Origin: Candidatus Poribacteria bacterium
GTDB lineage: Bacteria > Poribacteria > WGA-4E > WGA-3G
Direction: 5' to 3'
Assembly (NCBI GenBank): GCA_965220325.1
Contig: OZ244821.1
Span: 3,037,924-3,101,923 of the forward strand
Length of the DNA: 64,000 nucleotides
The notes beneath the pieces were generated by a model, which was not told where the DNA came from, made no database searches, and saw only the letters and a program-made list of their open reading frames with translations. Shown here in pieces: positions 17,781 through 28,240 of this stretch. Positions within the stretch are counted from its first letter, which is position 1. Every line of letters begins with the position of its first letter. The position numbers and the translations under genes are program-made.

Positions 17781-19157
17781 ATGCAATTTAAACATCTTGG
17801 GCAATCAGAACTTGCAAGGAAGATAGCCATTTGGGCACTATCCATCTTGCTCCTATTTTTCGGGTTCTTCTCTAACACATGGCGCGTTGCTGAACAGAAT
17901 TGGTTTGACACGCATCAGAAAGACACCGAAAGCCATATTATGGGAAGGATGGTCAAATCTCGCCAAGACGGTATCTTCTCAGCGGGGGGTCTGAATGGTT
18001 GGGGGACAGCGAAAAGTACGGATGCGGAGTGGATACCTCCAACGGAAAGGACCCCTCAATATACAGCCTATCTCCATAATCTCTCCTTTGAAAAGTTTTC
18101 AACGTACAATTCACAACCTGGCGGTCAAGGCATGATTTTTAGTCTATTGGATAGGTTTATTCCATTTTCGCCTCAAACCAAATTAAGGTTGTTCTATGTC
18201 CTAACAGCTTTACTTTCCGCAATCGCATTGACTACGATTATAGGTTGGCTCTACGAAGAATTTGGCGGATGGGTCGCGATATTTGTCATAGTTTCGGCGG
18301 TGCTTTCTCAATGGTTGACAGTCTTCGGTAAGAACCTTTGGTGGAGTCTATGGGCGTTCTACTTGCCGATGATTGTCGTCATGTACTTCCTTAAACGCTA
18401 CAGGGAAAGATTGGACCGACAACTCATCAGGTTTGGAATTGTTATCTTCATCGCGGTTTCCATTAAGTGTTTCATCAACGGCTTCGAGTATATCACAACT
18501 ACGCTGGTCATGATGATGGTGCCGTTCGTCTATTATGTTATCCTTGATAAGTGGAGCCGCCGCCAATTAGTAAAATGGACACTTGCAACCGGACTCGGCT
18601 CAGGCGTAGCAATTTTTTTGAGTCTCATCATGTTATGTTTCCAGATCGGTGCTGCGAAGGATGGGTTCATGGACGGCGTTGAACATGTGATCTGGTCTTT
18701 CGGTAAGCGCACGTATGGAGAAGCGGCAGACTTTCCACCGGTATATGCTGCCAGCCTGAACGCGGGTACGTTAAGTGTGGTCATGACTTACATGAACGGT
18801 GTTTTCTTTGACTTCAACAACTATCTATCCGTCACAAACGAGTTCGTCTCTAAGTTCCTCTTGAAAATCCGCTACTATTATCTGATCGTTCTCTTTATCG
18901 CGATGTCTGCCCTGCTGTTATGGCGTAGTCATGCAGACCGACGACACCATTATATCGCCTTAATCTGCGCGACATGGTTCTCAATCTTAGCACCGTTATC
19001 GTGGTTCGTTATCTTCAAGGCGCACTCATACATCCATACGCACATGAGTTTTCTGCTCTGGCAGATGCCGTTTACGCTCTTCGGCTTCGCCGTGTTCGGT
19101 GTTGCCGTTATCGCATGGACGAAAAACGGAAGAAAAATCGAATTACAGCAAGGTTAG
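17781..19157 (+). CDS. Polytopic integral membrane protein (about 10 TM helices), function unknown
   Basis: 458 aa, highly hydrophobic. No recognisable catalytic motif. Possibly glycosyltransferase-39/ArnT-like by topology only. Confidence 0.45.
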   Translation: MQFKHLGQSELARKIAIWALSILLLFFGFFSNTWRVAEQNWFDTHQKDTESHIMGRMVKSRQDGIFSAGGLNGWGTAKSTDAEWIPPTERTPQYTAYLHNLSFEKFSTYNSQPGGQGMIFSLLDRFIPFSPQTKLRLFYVLTALLSAIALTTIIGWLYEEFGGWVAIFVIVSAVLSQWLTVFGKNLWWSLWAFYLPMIVVMYFLKRYRERLDRQLIRFGIVIFIAVSIKCFINGFEYITTTLVMMMVPFVYYVILDKWSRRQLVKWTLATGLGSGVAIFLSLIMLCFQIGAAKDGFMDGVEHVIWSFGKRTYGEAADFPPVYAASLNAGTLSVVMTYMNGVFFDFNNYLSVTNEFVSKFLLKIRYYYLIVLFIAMSALLLWRSHADRRHHYIALICATWFSILAPLSWFVIFKAHSYIHTHMSFLLWQMPFTLFGFAVFGVAVIAWTKNGRKIELQQG

Positions 19158-19165
19158 ATTGAACC

Positions 19166-19978
19166 TTACCTCAAAACCTTTATCTCTCCCCAAGCGATAG
19201 CGAGCTTCTTTTGTGGACTAACAGCGAGTCCCTTCGCATTGAAGTTCCGTTCGACTTCATCCTCTGTCAGGGCACGATCGTAGATACCCACCTCGTCTAT
19301 AAGTCCTTCAAAATATCTTCGGGTGGCTTCGCCGATTCGGACCGAGGCACCGATATACATGCGAGATTCTGTGGTAATATCTGTTCCTTTAGTCTCGCCG
19401 CCTTCAGCGTCCAATTTACCATCAATATAGATGCGAGTCGTATCTGATCTATCTGCCACAAAGAGGACATGATGCCATTTTCCATCGACCACTTCCTTGG
19501 CTGAAGCAAGAACGAGTTTCGGACCGGCACCGGCTTCGTTCGCAATCGTTACATTCAGTTGCGTCGTCATAATTTTCCAGAGGATCCTGGCATTGTTACC
19601 ACCATCTCCCTTGCTAATAATTGTAGACTGTGCTCCGTCTAATTCTGGGGGTTTGTCAACTTTGATCCATGCCATCATAGAAAAATCTGTGTCTTCACCA
19701 AAATCGAGACTACCGTTATTAGGGGAACCGATATCAATGGCATCAGGATTTCCATTAAATTGGAACGCTCTACCGAATTTGCCGGCGACCTGTTTAGGTG
19801 CCCCTAAAATCGTTCCGTCATTACTTCCGACAAGATCTATAACGGTATTGCCTTTAACATCTGCAGCATCAAAACTCCAGTAACTAACTAAACCGTTTCT
19901 AACAACTTGGCTTTCAAGGGGATTCGTCTGCAAAACCAAAATCGCTAAAATTAATATCAAACCCGTTTTCGCGTTCAT
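19166..19978 (-). CDS. Secreted LamG-like (concanavalin A-like lectin/glucanase, LamG_3) domain protein
   Basis: The N-terminus is a signal peptide. Motifs FDGSNDxI, WIK, GKWHHVLFVADR, IYIDGKL and EGLIDEVGIYDRALTEDEV match the LamG_3 pattern. Confidence 0.65.
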   Translation of the reverse strand: MNAKTGLILILAILVLQTNPLESQVVRNGLVSYWSFDAADVKGNTVIDLVGSNDGTILGAPKQVAGKFGRAFQFNGNPDAIDIGSPNNGSLDFGEDTDFSMMAWIKVDKPPELDGAQSTIISKGDGGNNARILWKIMTTQLNVTIANEAGAGPKLVLASAKEVVDGKWHHVLFVADRSDTTRIYIDGKLDAEGGETKGTDITTESRMYIGASVRIGEATRRYFEGLIDEVGIYDRALTEDEVERNFNAKGLAVSPQKKLAIAWGEIKVLR

Positions 19979-20187
19979 TTGACTTCTCCTCTTTTGTGTT
20001 GAGCGATGTTATAAAACCGTTTGACCGCATGAGCGGCTCAAATCCCTTCCTACAACAACCATCAATGACACGATTTCTCCAAATTATAGCATACATAAGA
20101 AAAGATTGTAAAAAGGAAATAGTCGTGATAACATAATCCAAGGATTAACCATGCACGGAACAAATAAAATAGTATCATGGAGATTAT

Positions 20188-22005
20188 ATGAACGTTAATC
20201 GATTGGATCAATGGATTGGCGGAAACGGATTGAGTGCCAACGAAATAGAGGATAACCGCTTCTTAAAAGCTGCGAGTCTCTTTGCGGGGACAGCCATAGA
20301 ATATGGGAGAGATCGATACAGTGGCAGAGATATGCCGCTCTTTGCCGATTGTCTCCATACCGACCCCTTGAAGGCACCCCGATCTATGACATCGCACCGC
20401 ACAGGTACCGAGCCGAAACCAGCGGTCTGGAGTTTCTTCCAAAATCAGCAGAACCTGATGCGGTTACTTGCCGCTTTAAGCCAGTTCACGGGGGATGGTA
20501 GGTATGTCCATGCTGCGGGAGAAGCCGCCGAATACATGTTCAACCACTACTGGTATCCGGAAAGCGGTGTTTTGCATTGGGGGGGACACGGCTATGTGGA
20601 CTTGGTTACCGGGAACAGATACGGCATGAAGGGTGTTGTCCACGAAATAGAGGACGTATATCCGTATTGGGAATTGCTGAGAGCTGTAAACCCCGACCGT
20701 GGCGAGATGCTGATGAAAGGTATCTGGGAAACGAATATCAAGGATTGGGATGCCTTACACTACAACCGACACGGTGATTTCAAGAAGCGGGTTGATCATG
20801 CCAATACCTGGAACAGGCCTTGGAATGGATACAAAGAGCCGAAAATCAGTGGCGATCTCTCGTTCATTAGTGTCGCACTGGATCTGGCTTATGCTGCTTA
20901 CAGCTTGGGTTACCAAAAGCAGGAAGAGGCACCGCGGATGTGGGCGGAACGCCTCCTAAATTTGATTATAAAGCAGCGAGACCGAGAGACCGGCATCTGG
21001 CCCAATCTGGTGCATCCGCAAAGCGGCAAACGCGGGCTGAACGTCTTCGGCAGAAAGTATCCGCAGGCGACTGAACCGAGAGTCTACGTCGGCAACCAGT
21101 TGAACCACACCATTACGCAGATGATGGGGATGCTGACAATCGTAGAAAATGCCGAAAAATATGGTCGCATCGGCGAAATCGCGCATATCAAGGAAGCGGT
21201 TGAACAACACATCATCGGTTTCCTGAATGCCGCCTACGACCGAAAAAATAACACGTTGAAAAGCATCGTTATTGACGGGACGGACCTCACAGGTTTTCGG
21301 ATACAGGGACCTTTCAGAGATGCGAAGTTATACTTTGGTGCAAAAGAAGGTGGCGCATTCCTACCGCAAAACATTACGCCGCTCTTTACGTCCGTCTGTG
21401 CCCGTGGGTATCGCGTTTCTGGTGGAAAAAGCGAGTTCAGAGACTATCTACGCATCATGTTTAAAGCCTTCGGGATCGGAGACATCGGGACCGATAAAAA
21501 CGCTCCACCGTCGTTGAATTTTGACACACCTGCCTTGGAACCTGCTTACATCTTCGCGTTGGTGGACCTATGCCGAGTAGAGCCGAAAGCAGAATTTCTG
21601 GCGATGGCGGAACGGATAGGGGACAACCTGCTGCAAGGTAGACAACACGCCGATAGTGGTCTTTTCACGCTTGAAGATGACTTTATACTCCACAGCAAGG
21701 TCATGGATAAACCCGAACTACAAGAAGGACACGAAGGGAAAAGCGTGGCTGAACTTCTGCAGGACACCCATAGAACCGCGAACCTTGATGCGATGGAGCC
21801 GCTGGCACTGCTCAGTATCTACGCCGCACAAACCGGACGATACAACATCATGCCCGAATGGACAGCAGGTGGTCTTTACCTTAAGGTAAGCAGTGTCGGT
21901 CATATTGTTGGCAAAGAGATGCAGCTATGGTTCGATAAGCCAGCACTCAAGCAATTTTACAAGGATGCTAATATCAACTGCACCTGGGAAATTGACGAAG
22001 ATTGA
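20188..22005 (+). CDS. Hypothetical 605-aa protein, possibly an (alpha/alpha)6-barrel polysaccharide lyase/hydrolase-like enzyme
   Basis: Long ORF preceded by the RBS GGAG. It is aromatic-rich (W/Y/H repeats). No motif was recognised with certainty. Confidence 0.4.
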   Translation: MNVNRLDQWIGGNGLSANEIEDNRFLKAASLFAGTAIEYGRDRYSGRDMPLFADCLHTDPLKAPRSMTSHRTGTEPKPAVWSFFQNQQNLMRLLAALSQFTGDGRYVHAAGEAAEYMFNHYWYPESGVLHWGGHGYVDLVTGNRYGMKGVVHEIEDVYPYWELLRAVNPDRGEMLMKGIWETNIKDWDALHYNRHGDFKKRVDHANTWNRPWNGYKEPKISGDLSFISVALDLAYAAYSLGYQKQEEAPRMWAERLLNLIIKQRDRETGIWPNLVHPQSGKRGLNVFGRKYPQATEPRVYVGNQLNHTITQMMGMLTIVENAEKYGRIGEIAHIKEAVEQHIIGFLNAAYDRKNNTLKSIVIDGTDLTGFRIQGPFRDAKLYFGAKEGGAFLPQNITPLFTSVCARGYRVSGGKSEFRDYLRIMFKAFGIGDIGTDKNAPPSLNFDTPALEPAYIFALVDLCRVEPKAEFLAMAERIGDNLLQGRQHADSGLFTLEDDFILHSKVMDKPELQEGHEGKSVAELLQDTHRTANLDAMEPLALLSIYAAQTGRYNIMPEWTAGGLYLKVSSVGHIVGKEMQLWFDKPALKQFYKDANINCTWEIDED

Positions 22006-22026
22006 TGGAACATCCAACAAGGCACT

Positions 22027-22078
22027 AAAAAACTTGTAGGGCAAGCACTACGCCTTAACCCTACAAGTTTTATTTTAT
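22027..22078. terminator. Bidirectional intrinsic terminator with a 13-bp perfect inverted repeat AAAACTTGTAGGG-N17-CCCTACAAGTTTT plus ATTTTAT
   Basis: It lies between convergent genes ending at 22005 (+) and 22109 (-). A/T runs occur on both sides. Confidence 0.7.
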
Positions 22079-22108
22079 CAGGTATTGCGTCTTGAACGGA
22101 ATTTATTT

Positions 22109-22519
22109 TCACTGTGAATAATCGTTCCGTTTTGCTGGGTCATCCGTGAAGTATTCGACGAACTCCCATTCAAAACCATCCGCATCAATGAAATAGATGC
22201 GTTTTCGGTGGGGGTGCGGTCCAACTTTATAACCTTCCTTATATCCAGCAGCGAGTAAGCGTTCTCTGATACCTTCAGCGTCATCAACAGCAAAACCGAG
22301 ATGGTTCACACGCCTCCCCTTACGGTCTCCTGTGAAAGGATGCTCGCGGTCTGATAAGGCGATGTAAAAATCGTCAGTCCCAAGATGACACCATTTCGTT
22401 CCGTTGGCGTTATTGCCACCACCTCTGACTCGAAAATCTGGAAAGGCAGTTGTTAGAAAATCTATCGCTTTTTCAAGGTTGTTCACGGTCATGTTGGCGT
22501 GTTCAAGATAACGGCTCAT
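22109..22519 (-). CDS. VOC (glyoxalase/bleomycin-resistance/dioxygenase) family protein
   Basis: 136 aa, MSRYLEHANMTVNNLEKAIDFLTTAFPDF...HLGFAVDDAEGIRERL...IYFIDADGFEWEFVE. This is the typical beta-alpha-beta-beta-beta VOC pattern. Confidence 0.7.
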   Translation of the reverse strand: MSRYLEHANMTVNNLEKAIDFLTTAFPDFRVRGGGNNANGTKWCHLGTDDFYIALSDREHPFTGDRKGRRVNHLGFAVDDAEGIRERLLAAGYKEGYKVGPHPHRKRIYFIDADGFEWEFVEYFTDDPAKRNDYSQ

Positions 22520-22756
22520 TTTAGATCCTCCTGAAATTTAGATTTTCTGTAGACATAGCACCCCTACAGGATGTAAAGCGGAAATTTTCCTCGAAAAATC
22601 TATGTTTAAATGTTTAAGACCTATTAGATAGCAATTTGGGTTATTTTATTAGACGAATGCTTTATGAATATAGTATAATTGGATTATAAACGGTACATTT
22701 GTATGGAAATCATGACAGTCTTTTGTGTGAAACTCTACGGCAAAGGAGCACCGAAA

Positions 22757-23560
22757 ATGACGAAAGAACTATCACTTGTGGCACACGACGATTTAGAAAG
22801 CCAAGTTGAGGCACTTGAAAGAGATGGTTATGTCTATTTCCCGAGTGTGCTTGATGCTGAGGAGGTCGCCGAATTGCGAGCCACTATGGAGCGGTTAGAG
22901 GCGATTCCAGAGTGTTTGGATCGGCACCAAGTGCCTCAAAATGGCGACGGATTTCTCAACAAAATCATCAATAATTCGTTTAATCGCGATCCCCTGTATC
23001 TCCAATTCCTTGACAAACCACCTGTTATTGAAGTCGCTGAGGCAACGCACGGTGAGGATTGCCATTGCATCGGTATGCAATCTTGGCTGACAGGACCGGG
23101 TCGTCCGGATCAGGGGTTACACACGGATTGGCTACCAATTAGTTTACCAGCAGACATTCGTTCCGATCCGAGAGTCAAAATTCCGATCTTCATCACGACT
23201 GCTCATTACTACCTCAATGATGTGTACGAGGAATTGGGGCCGACGAAGTTTGTGCCGGGTAGCCATTTCTCTGGCCGTTCTCCAAACGGTGCAACCGAGT
23301 GGAATAACCGCGGAGAAGAGAGTATCTTGTGCAATGCGGGGGACGTGGTGCTTTTCCGCAGTGAAGTCTGGCATCGGGGTTCTGCCAATACGAGTGACGA
23401 AGTCCGTTATCTTTTGCAAGTCCATTATGCGCAACGGATGATTACTCAGAAATACCCGCCCTATCTGAATAAATTTCAGTTTGATGCATCGATTCTCGCT
23501 CAAGCGAGCCCGCGACAGAGGCGGCTCCTCGGCGACCATCGACCAAGCAATTATGATTGA
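22757..23560 (+). CDS. Phytanoyl-CoA dioxygenase (PhyH) family protein
   Basis: ATG 8 nt after AAGGAG. MTKELSLVAHDDLESQVEALERDGYVYFPSVL... The HTDW...H motifs fit the 2OG-Fe(II) oxygenase facial triad. Confidence 0.7.
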   Translation: MTKELSLVAHDDLESQVEALERDGYVYFPSVLDAEEVAELRATMERLEAIPECLDRHQVPQNGDGFLNKIINNSFNRDPLYLQFLDKPPVIEVAEATHGEDCHCIGMQSWLTGPGRPDQGLHTDWLPISLPADIRSDPRVKIPIFITTAHYYLNDVYEELGPTKFVPGSHFSGRSPNGATEWNNRGEESILCNAGDVVLFRSEVWHRGSANTSDEVRYLLQVHYAQRMITQKYPPYLNKFQFDASILAQASPRQRRLLGDHRPSNYD

Positions 23561-23606
23561 AGGCACATATTCCGAATCACCTAAACCAAATATCAGGAGT
23601 TTTCTC

Positions 23607-24014
23607 ATGTTGAGCAGAAATGTAAATGGAAAAATCAGCGTGTTGATTCTATCAATGCTATTATTTTTGACCGCTTGCGGTGGTGATGATATCGATGTCG
23701 ATTATCTTGGGGATTTCTATACGCCTACTTCGCACGTGGATGTTTACTTTTCGGAGGATGATGTAACCGAAGGCTATCTGGTGATGGGACACGCGACAGC
23801 AGACGGCGGTGACACAGAGGCGTTACAAGAAACGTTAATAGAGAAGGCACGCGACAGCGGTGCTGATGGAATCATATTTGAAGGCTTCGATCGGGTAGAG
23901 ACCGGAGAACAAAGCATCGTCAGTGACATAGGTGACACAAGTATCGTTAGCACAGACACCACAAGCGTATTACAGGTTAAAGCGATTTTTATCAAGTACA
24001 ATAAGAATCTATAA
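23607..24014 (+). CDS. Small lipoprotein, function unknown
   Basis: ATG after AGGAG. Signal peptide with lipobox LTAC (MLSRNVNGKISVLILSMLLFLTACGGDD). The ORF track's earlier start overlaps the upstream gene. Confidence 0.5.
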   Translation: MLSRNVNGKISVLILSMLLFLTACGGDDIDVDYLGDFYTPTSHVDVYFSEDDVTEGYLVMGHATADGGDTEALQETLIEKARDSGADGIIFEGFDRVETGEQSIVSDIGDTSIVSTDTTSVLQVKAIFIKYNKNL

Positions 24015-25034
24015 GGCGTTTCGGACGACAGGTGGCGTGTTTTTCGTGTTATTTTCGCTGTTAGAAGGTTCGGTGAGATACGGGGCGCGCCAGTCAATGT
24101 TTGAAATATAGCGTTTCCAGAATAGGATAACACAGGGGATGCTGATGAGGAGTGTCAGCAGTCCCCACCACCAAGATTCTTGGAATGCTGTAATAGTTTT
24201 GGGTGAAGTAAGGATGTCAAAGCGCGTTTCAAGTAGCGCGAGGAGCCACGCGATGAGATTGTTGACAAAATGGATGCTAATAGGAATGAAAAGCGACTTG
24301 GTTCGGATATAGAAAACAGCCAGCACAAAACCGACACAGAACATCCCTATGATATTAATAATGTGTGGGAAGGCAAAAGCTACCGCTGACACAATAACAG
24401 CCGGAATTACACTCCATTTCACAGACCATCGTGTCAACAAAATGCCGCGTACATAGAATTCCTCAAATATCGGAGCGATTATCACAATCATGAGGAAGTT
24501 CAACAAATTTGCCAGAACATATTTATCGCCGTTTGTCCAAACCAGAGTCGGATAGAGATCAATGAGCCACGATTTGACAAGTGCGGGAAAAATAAAAGAT
24601 AACGGAAGAAATAGAAGGTAGAGGGATGCAATGGAGAGGATAAGGAGTGGGACTGCCCATAGGCTATATCGCACTAACTTATCCCACCCTGGAAACGGCC
24701 CCAACAATCTACTATAAGATAAACCTGAACGAGACAGCATTCTGAATGTAAATAAAAAAAAGAAAACGTACAGCAGGCACCCTGATAGAGCCTCTGGGAG
24801 TGGTGCGGGCTTGAGAGCCTCTGGGAGTGGTGCGGGTTTGCTTATAAACCATGCTGGTAGAAAATTTCTGAGAATGATGAGACTAACTATAGTCGCGATA
24901 TACGCCAAGATAGCGTAAACCACTAACATTCTCGCTCGAATTTTTTCAAAAGGGGATAGATTAGCCGTCATACTGATATTTACAACCTCCAATTTTCTGT
25001 TTGTGTGGTCAGTCAACAAAATCTTCACTTTCAC
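24009..25034 (-). CDS. CPBP family intramembrane metalloprotease (CAAX protease / Abi domain) with an N-terminal membrane extension
   Basis: EEFYVRGILLTRW, FAFPHI and HFVNNL motifs (EExxxR, FxxxH, HxxxN). It contains a direct 27-bp coding repeat (KPAPLPEAL x2) at about 24781-24840. Confidence 0.65.
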   Translation of the reverse strand: MKVKILLTDHTNRKLEVVNISMTANLSPFEKIRARMLVVYAILAYIATIVSLIILRNFLPAWFISKPAPLPEALKPAPLPEALSGCLLYVFFFLFTFRMLSRSGLSYSRLLGPFPGWDKLVRYSLWAVPLLILSIASLYLLFLPLSFIFPALVKSWLIDLYPTLVWTNGDKYVLANLLNFLMIVIIAPIFEEFYVRGILLTRWSVKWSVIPAVIVSAVAFAFPHIINIIGMFCVGFVLAVFYIRTKSLFIPISIHFVNNLIAWLLALLETRFDILTSPKTITAFQESWWWGLLTLLISIPCVILFWKRYISNIDWRAPYLTEPSNSENNTKNTPPVVRNAL

Positions 25035-25905
25035 TATTAGAAGAAAGTTCGGTGAGGTACGGAACGCGCCAGTCGGTCATTAGAAGATAATACCTACAGA
25101 ACAGGATAACGCACGGGATGCTAATAACGAGTGCTATCAACCCTATCCACCAAGATTCTTGAAATTCAGCAATCGTTTGGTATGAAGCAGGTGTGTCAAG
25201 GTCCATTGTAAAGTACACCGCGATCCACGCCGTTAGGTTATTTAGAATGTGCAGGAAAATCGGAACGAAAAGCGACTTCGTTCGGATGTAGAAGATAGCC
25301 ATTACACAGGCGAAACAGAACCCGCCAATCACATTCGTATGCAGAAGTCCAAAGACGATTGAGGAAGCGAGGATCGCCCGCGTCACACCCCACTTGACAG
25401 TCCATCGCGTTAGCAAAATGCCACGTACGAAAAACTCCTCCATCACAGGCGCAACCAACACAATCGTTAAATAGTTGACAGCGTTGGCAAGAATGTAATT
25501 ATCACCGTCCCTCCAAATCATTGGGGTAGAGTCCTCAAGGTGCCACAACTCGACAAATTCTGGAAAAACAAACGATAGTGGAAGGTACAAAACATAGATA
25601 GATGCAATGGCACTAATGACAAGCGGCACCACCCATAGCGCACATCGTCCAAGCGTGCGCCATGTCGGAAATGTTCCAAACAGCCGGCTATAAGACAAAC
25701 CTGCACGGGAGAATCCCCTAAAGTTAAACAGAAAGAAGAACCCGAATAAAAATAAACTGGACAGTGCTTTAGGAAGTGGAGAATCTCTACTGTATTTAAA
25801 GAAGATGAAAAAAGTAACAGCAGTGACAACAGCAGTGAGAATGCCCACCATTAACAGCGATCTACCCCGAAGATCACGACTCGTTTCAAATGGATTGTCT
25901 TGCAT
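25009..25905 (-). CDS. CPBP family intramembrane metalloprotease (paralog of the preceding gene)
   Basis: EEFFVRGILLTRW, FGLLHT and HILNNL motifs. Same architecture as 24009-25034. Confidence 0.65.
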   Translation of the reverse strand: MQDNPFETSRDLRGRSLLMVGILTAVVTAVTFFIFFKYSRDSPLPKALSSLFLFGFFFLFNFRGFSRAGLSYSRLFGTFPTWRTLGRCALWVVPLVISAIASIYVLYLPLSFVFPEFVELWHLEDSTPMIWRDGDNYILANAVNYLTIVLVAPVMEEFFVRGILLTRWTVKWGVTRAILASSIVFGLLHTNVIGGFCFACVMAIFYIRTKSLFVPIFLHILNNLTAWIAVYFTMDLDTPASYQTIAEFQESWWIGLIALVISIPCVILFCRYYLLMTDWRVPYLTELSSNSESEDFVD

Positions 25906-26107
25906 GCCGATATTTACCTTTGTGTTTTCGTAGGGTATCCAGGAAGTTTGAATATCTCAAACACAGAGGATTATACCAGGTTCTAACTAATTTGTATATC
26001 CATTTAACCGCTGTGGTTCTCTGAAAGAGGCTTCAGAGGCTTTATCGTTCCTTGAATCAAATGGCCGGATATGATACAATGCCTAAAACGCAAGGGAGGA
26101 CATTCAG

Positions 26108-26950
26108 ATGACTGAGAACCAGATTAAAATCGCGGCGTGTCAATTGCTCACCAGTGAGGATGTTTCTGCTAACACTGCGAAAGTACTACAGCAAATTGCG
26201 GCATGTGCGGAGATGGGGATCCAGATTGCGGCGTTCCCGGAAGGGTGTCTGTTCGGTTACTGTTGTCGGACAGATTATTGGGAACGCATCTCGCCACAGG
26301 TCTTCAAAGAGGCTGAGGCGAAAATTGCCGAGGCTGCACGTCGGCACGAGATGGCGGTTGTCGTCGGCTCCGCGCATCACGATGGAGAGAACTGGCACAA
26401 CGACTTAGCGATTTTCGACCAACAAGGAAGCCTCAAATATCGTTACGGTAAGACTTTTCTCGCTGGAGAGAAATGGTGTACCAACAATCGCGGTAAACTG
26501 CCGATTGTGAAATTGGCAGGCGTTGACTGCTGTTTTATTATCTGCCACGACGTACGCTATCCGGAATTGGTCAAACTGCCGGCGGCGATGGGTGCGCAAC
26601 TCTGTATCTTCTGCTCGTGTGAATCGGGGTTGCTATCGGAGTATAAACTTTCAGCGTATCGTGCGATGCCGATCTCGCGTGCAACGGAAAACGGGATTTA
26701 CCTCTTGATGGCGAATACACCCGCGAACCCTGATGACCTCCGCTCGCCGGGTTCATCACACGGAAACTCGAAGGTCGTACATCCAGATGGAAACGTCATC
26801 ACAGAAGCAGGATTTTTCGGGGACAAAATCGTTTCGGCAACAATAGACCTCTCGCGAGCGTCAGGTTCACAGGCGAAACGGACTTGCAACGAAGATACGA
26901 TCCTTCGAGAATGGTTCCAACAGGGTTGTGAGTTTGTTGTAAAAGTCTAA
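26108..26950 (+). CDS. Carbon-nitrogen hydrolase (nitrilase/amidase superfamily) protein
   Basis: RBS GGGAGGA. IAACQL...FPEG (Glu), K in YGKTFL, CFIICHDVRYPE (catalytic Cys region). Confidence 0.8.
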   Translation: MTENQIKIAACQLLTSEDVSANTAKVLQQIAACAEMGIQIAAFPEGCLFGYCCRTDYWERISPQVFKEAEAKIAEAARRHEMAVVVGSAHHDGENWHNDLAIFDQQGSLKYRYGKTFLAGEKWCTNNRGKLPIVKLAGVDCCFIICHDVRYPELVKLPAAMGAQLCIFCSCESGLLSEYKLSAYRAMPISRATENGIYLLMANTPANPDDLRSPGSSHGNSKVVHPDGNVITEAGFFGDKIVSATIDLSRASGSQAKRTCNEDTILREWFQQGCEFVVKV

Positions 26951-26970
26951 AGCAATTAGGAGTTGGATTT

Positions 26971-28224
26971 ATGCCAAGTCAAACCGTTCAAATCCGTGCC
27001 GATCGGCTCGTTGACGGAATCAGCACAACCGTTAAAACCGATCAGGCGATTCTTGTGACCAACGGACGAATTGATGCTGTCGGACATCAAGAAGATATTG
27101 CGAAGCAGACACCACCTGACGCGCAGGTTATTGACCTCGGGGATGTCTGTATCACACCGGGTCTCATTGACGGGCATACGCACCTGAGTCTCGCCGGAGA
27201 TGGACGGAGCTACGTTCAGATGTTCTCCGAGACCGATGAGATGATGGTACTGACGGGTGCGATGAATCTGCAACGGCATCTCGCCGCTGGAATTACAACA
27301 ATCCGAGAACACGGTGCAAGAAACAGAGTCGGATTTACGCTCAAGGAAGGACTTGAACGCGGTTATATTCCGGGACCTCGTACCTTAGTCAGCGGACGAC
27401 CGATTACTTGTACAGGTGGGCATTTCCACATGTGTAACGAGACCGCGGATGGTGAGGCTGAGATGCGCCGCTCGGTACGTCGATTGGTTCACGAAGGGGC
27501 AGATTACATCAAGATCATGGCATCAGGGGGTGGTACTGTCGGAACGATTCCGGGGCGTGCAAGTTACTCTGTCGCCGAGTTGCACGCCGCTGTCCACGAG
27601 GCGCACCACTTCCATCGGCTCACGGTGGCACATTGTAGGGCAAAGGAATCAATGGTACGCGCCGTTGAGGCAGGCATCGATTTGATGGAGCATGCCGAGT
27701 TTCTTGATCCGGATGGAGAACTCCGTTTTGATCCGAAAATTGCCGAGATGATGGCGGAATCCGGCATCTGGATTAGTCCAACCCTCCAAGCGTGGACGGG
27801 GTATCCACGCATCGTTGAACTCCGGGCAAAACGCGATAGTAATACGATTTCTGCTGATGAAATAACCGAATTGCAACGGCTTGAGGCACGGGCAGAGGTG
27901 CGCTTAGATGTGATGAGGCGTATGCTCGACTATGACCTTCGGGACCGGATTGTTCCCGGCACCGATTCAGGCGTTGGCAACCTTGCCTTCGGTCATCTCG
28001 ACTACGATTTGCAACTGCTTGTCCAAGTCGGATTTACACCTGCGGAGGCACTTATCTCCGCGACTCGTATCTCCGCTGAAGCGGTCGGCATGGCGAATGA
28101 CATCGGGACCATCGCCCCCGGTAAGATCGCCGATCTCGTTGCTTTCGAGACTGATCCAACGAGCGATGTAGATGCCTTTAGCCGAGTGATCGCGGTATTT
28201 CAAGCAGGACAACGGGTGAAATAA
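26971..28224 (+). CDS. Metal-dependent amidohydrolase family protein
   Basis: ITPGLIDGHTHL metal-binding HxH motif, HAEF, and D near the C-terminus. It is 20 bp downstream of the CN-hydrolase gene, so likely an operon. Confidence 0.8.
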   Translation: MPSQTVQIRADRLVDGISTTVKTDQAILVTNGRIDAVGHQEDIAKQTPPDAQVIDLGDVCITPGLIDGHTHLSLAGDGRSYVQMFSETDEMMVLTGAMNLQRHLAAGITTIREHGARNRVGFTLKEGLERGYIPGPRTLVSGRPITCTGGHFHMCNETADGEAEMRRSVRRLVHEGADYIKIMASGGGTVGTIPGRASYSVAELHAAVHEAHHFHRLTVAHCRAKESMVRAVEAGIDLMEHAEFLDPDGELRFDPKIAEMMAESGIWISPTLQAWTGYPRIVELRAKRDSNTISADEITELQRLEARAEVRLDVMRRMLDYDLRDRIVPGTDSGVGNLAFGHLDYDLQLLVQVGFTPAEALISATRISAEAVGMANDIGTIAPGKIADLVAFETDPTSDVDAFSRVIAVFQAGQRVK

Positions 28225-28240
28225 TCACGTATAACCTGAC

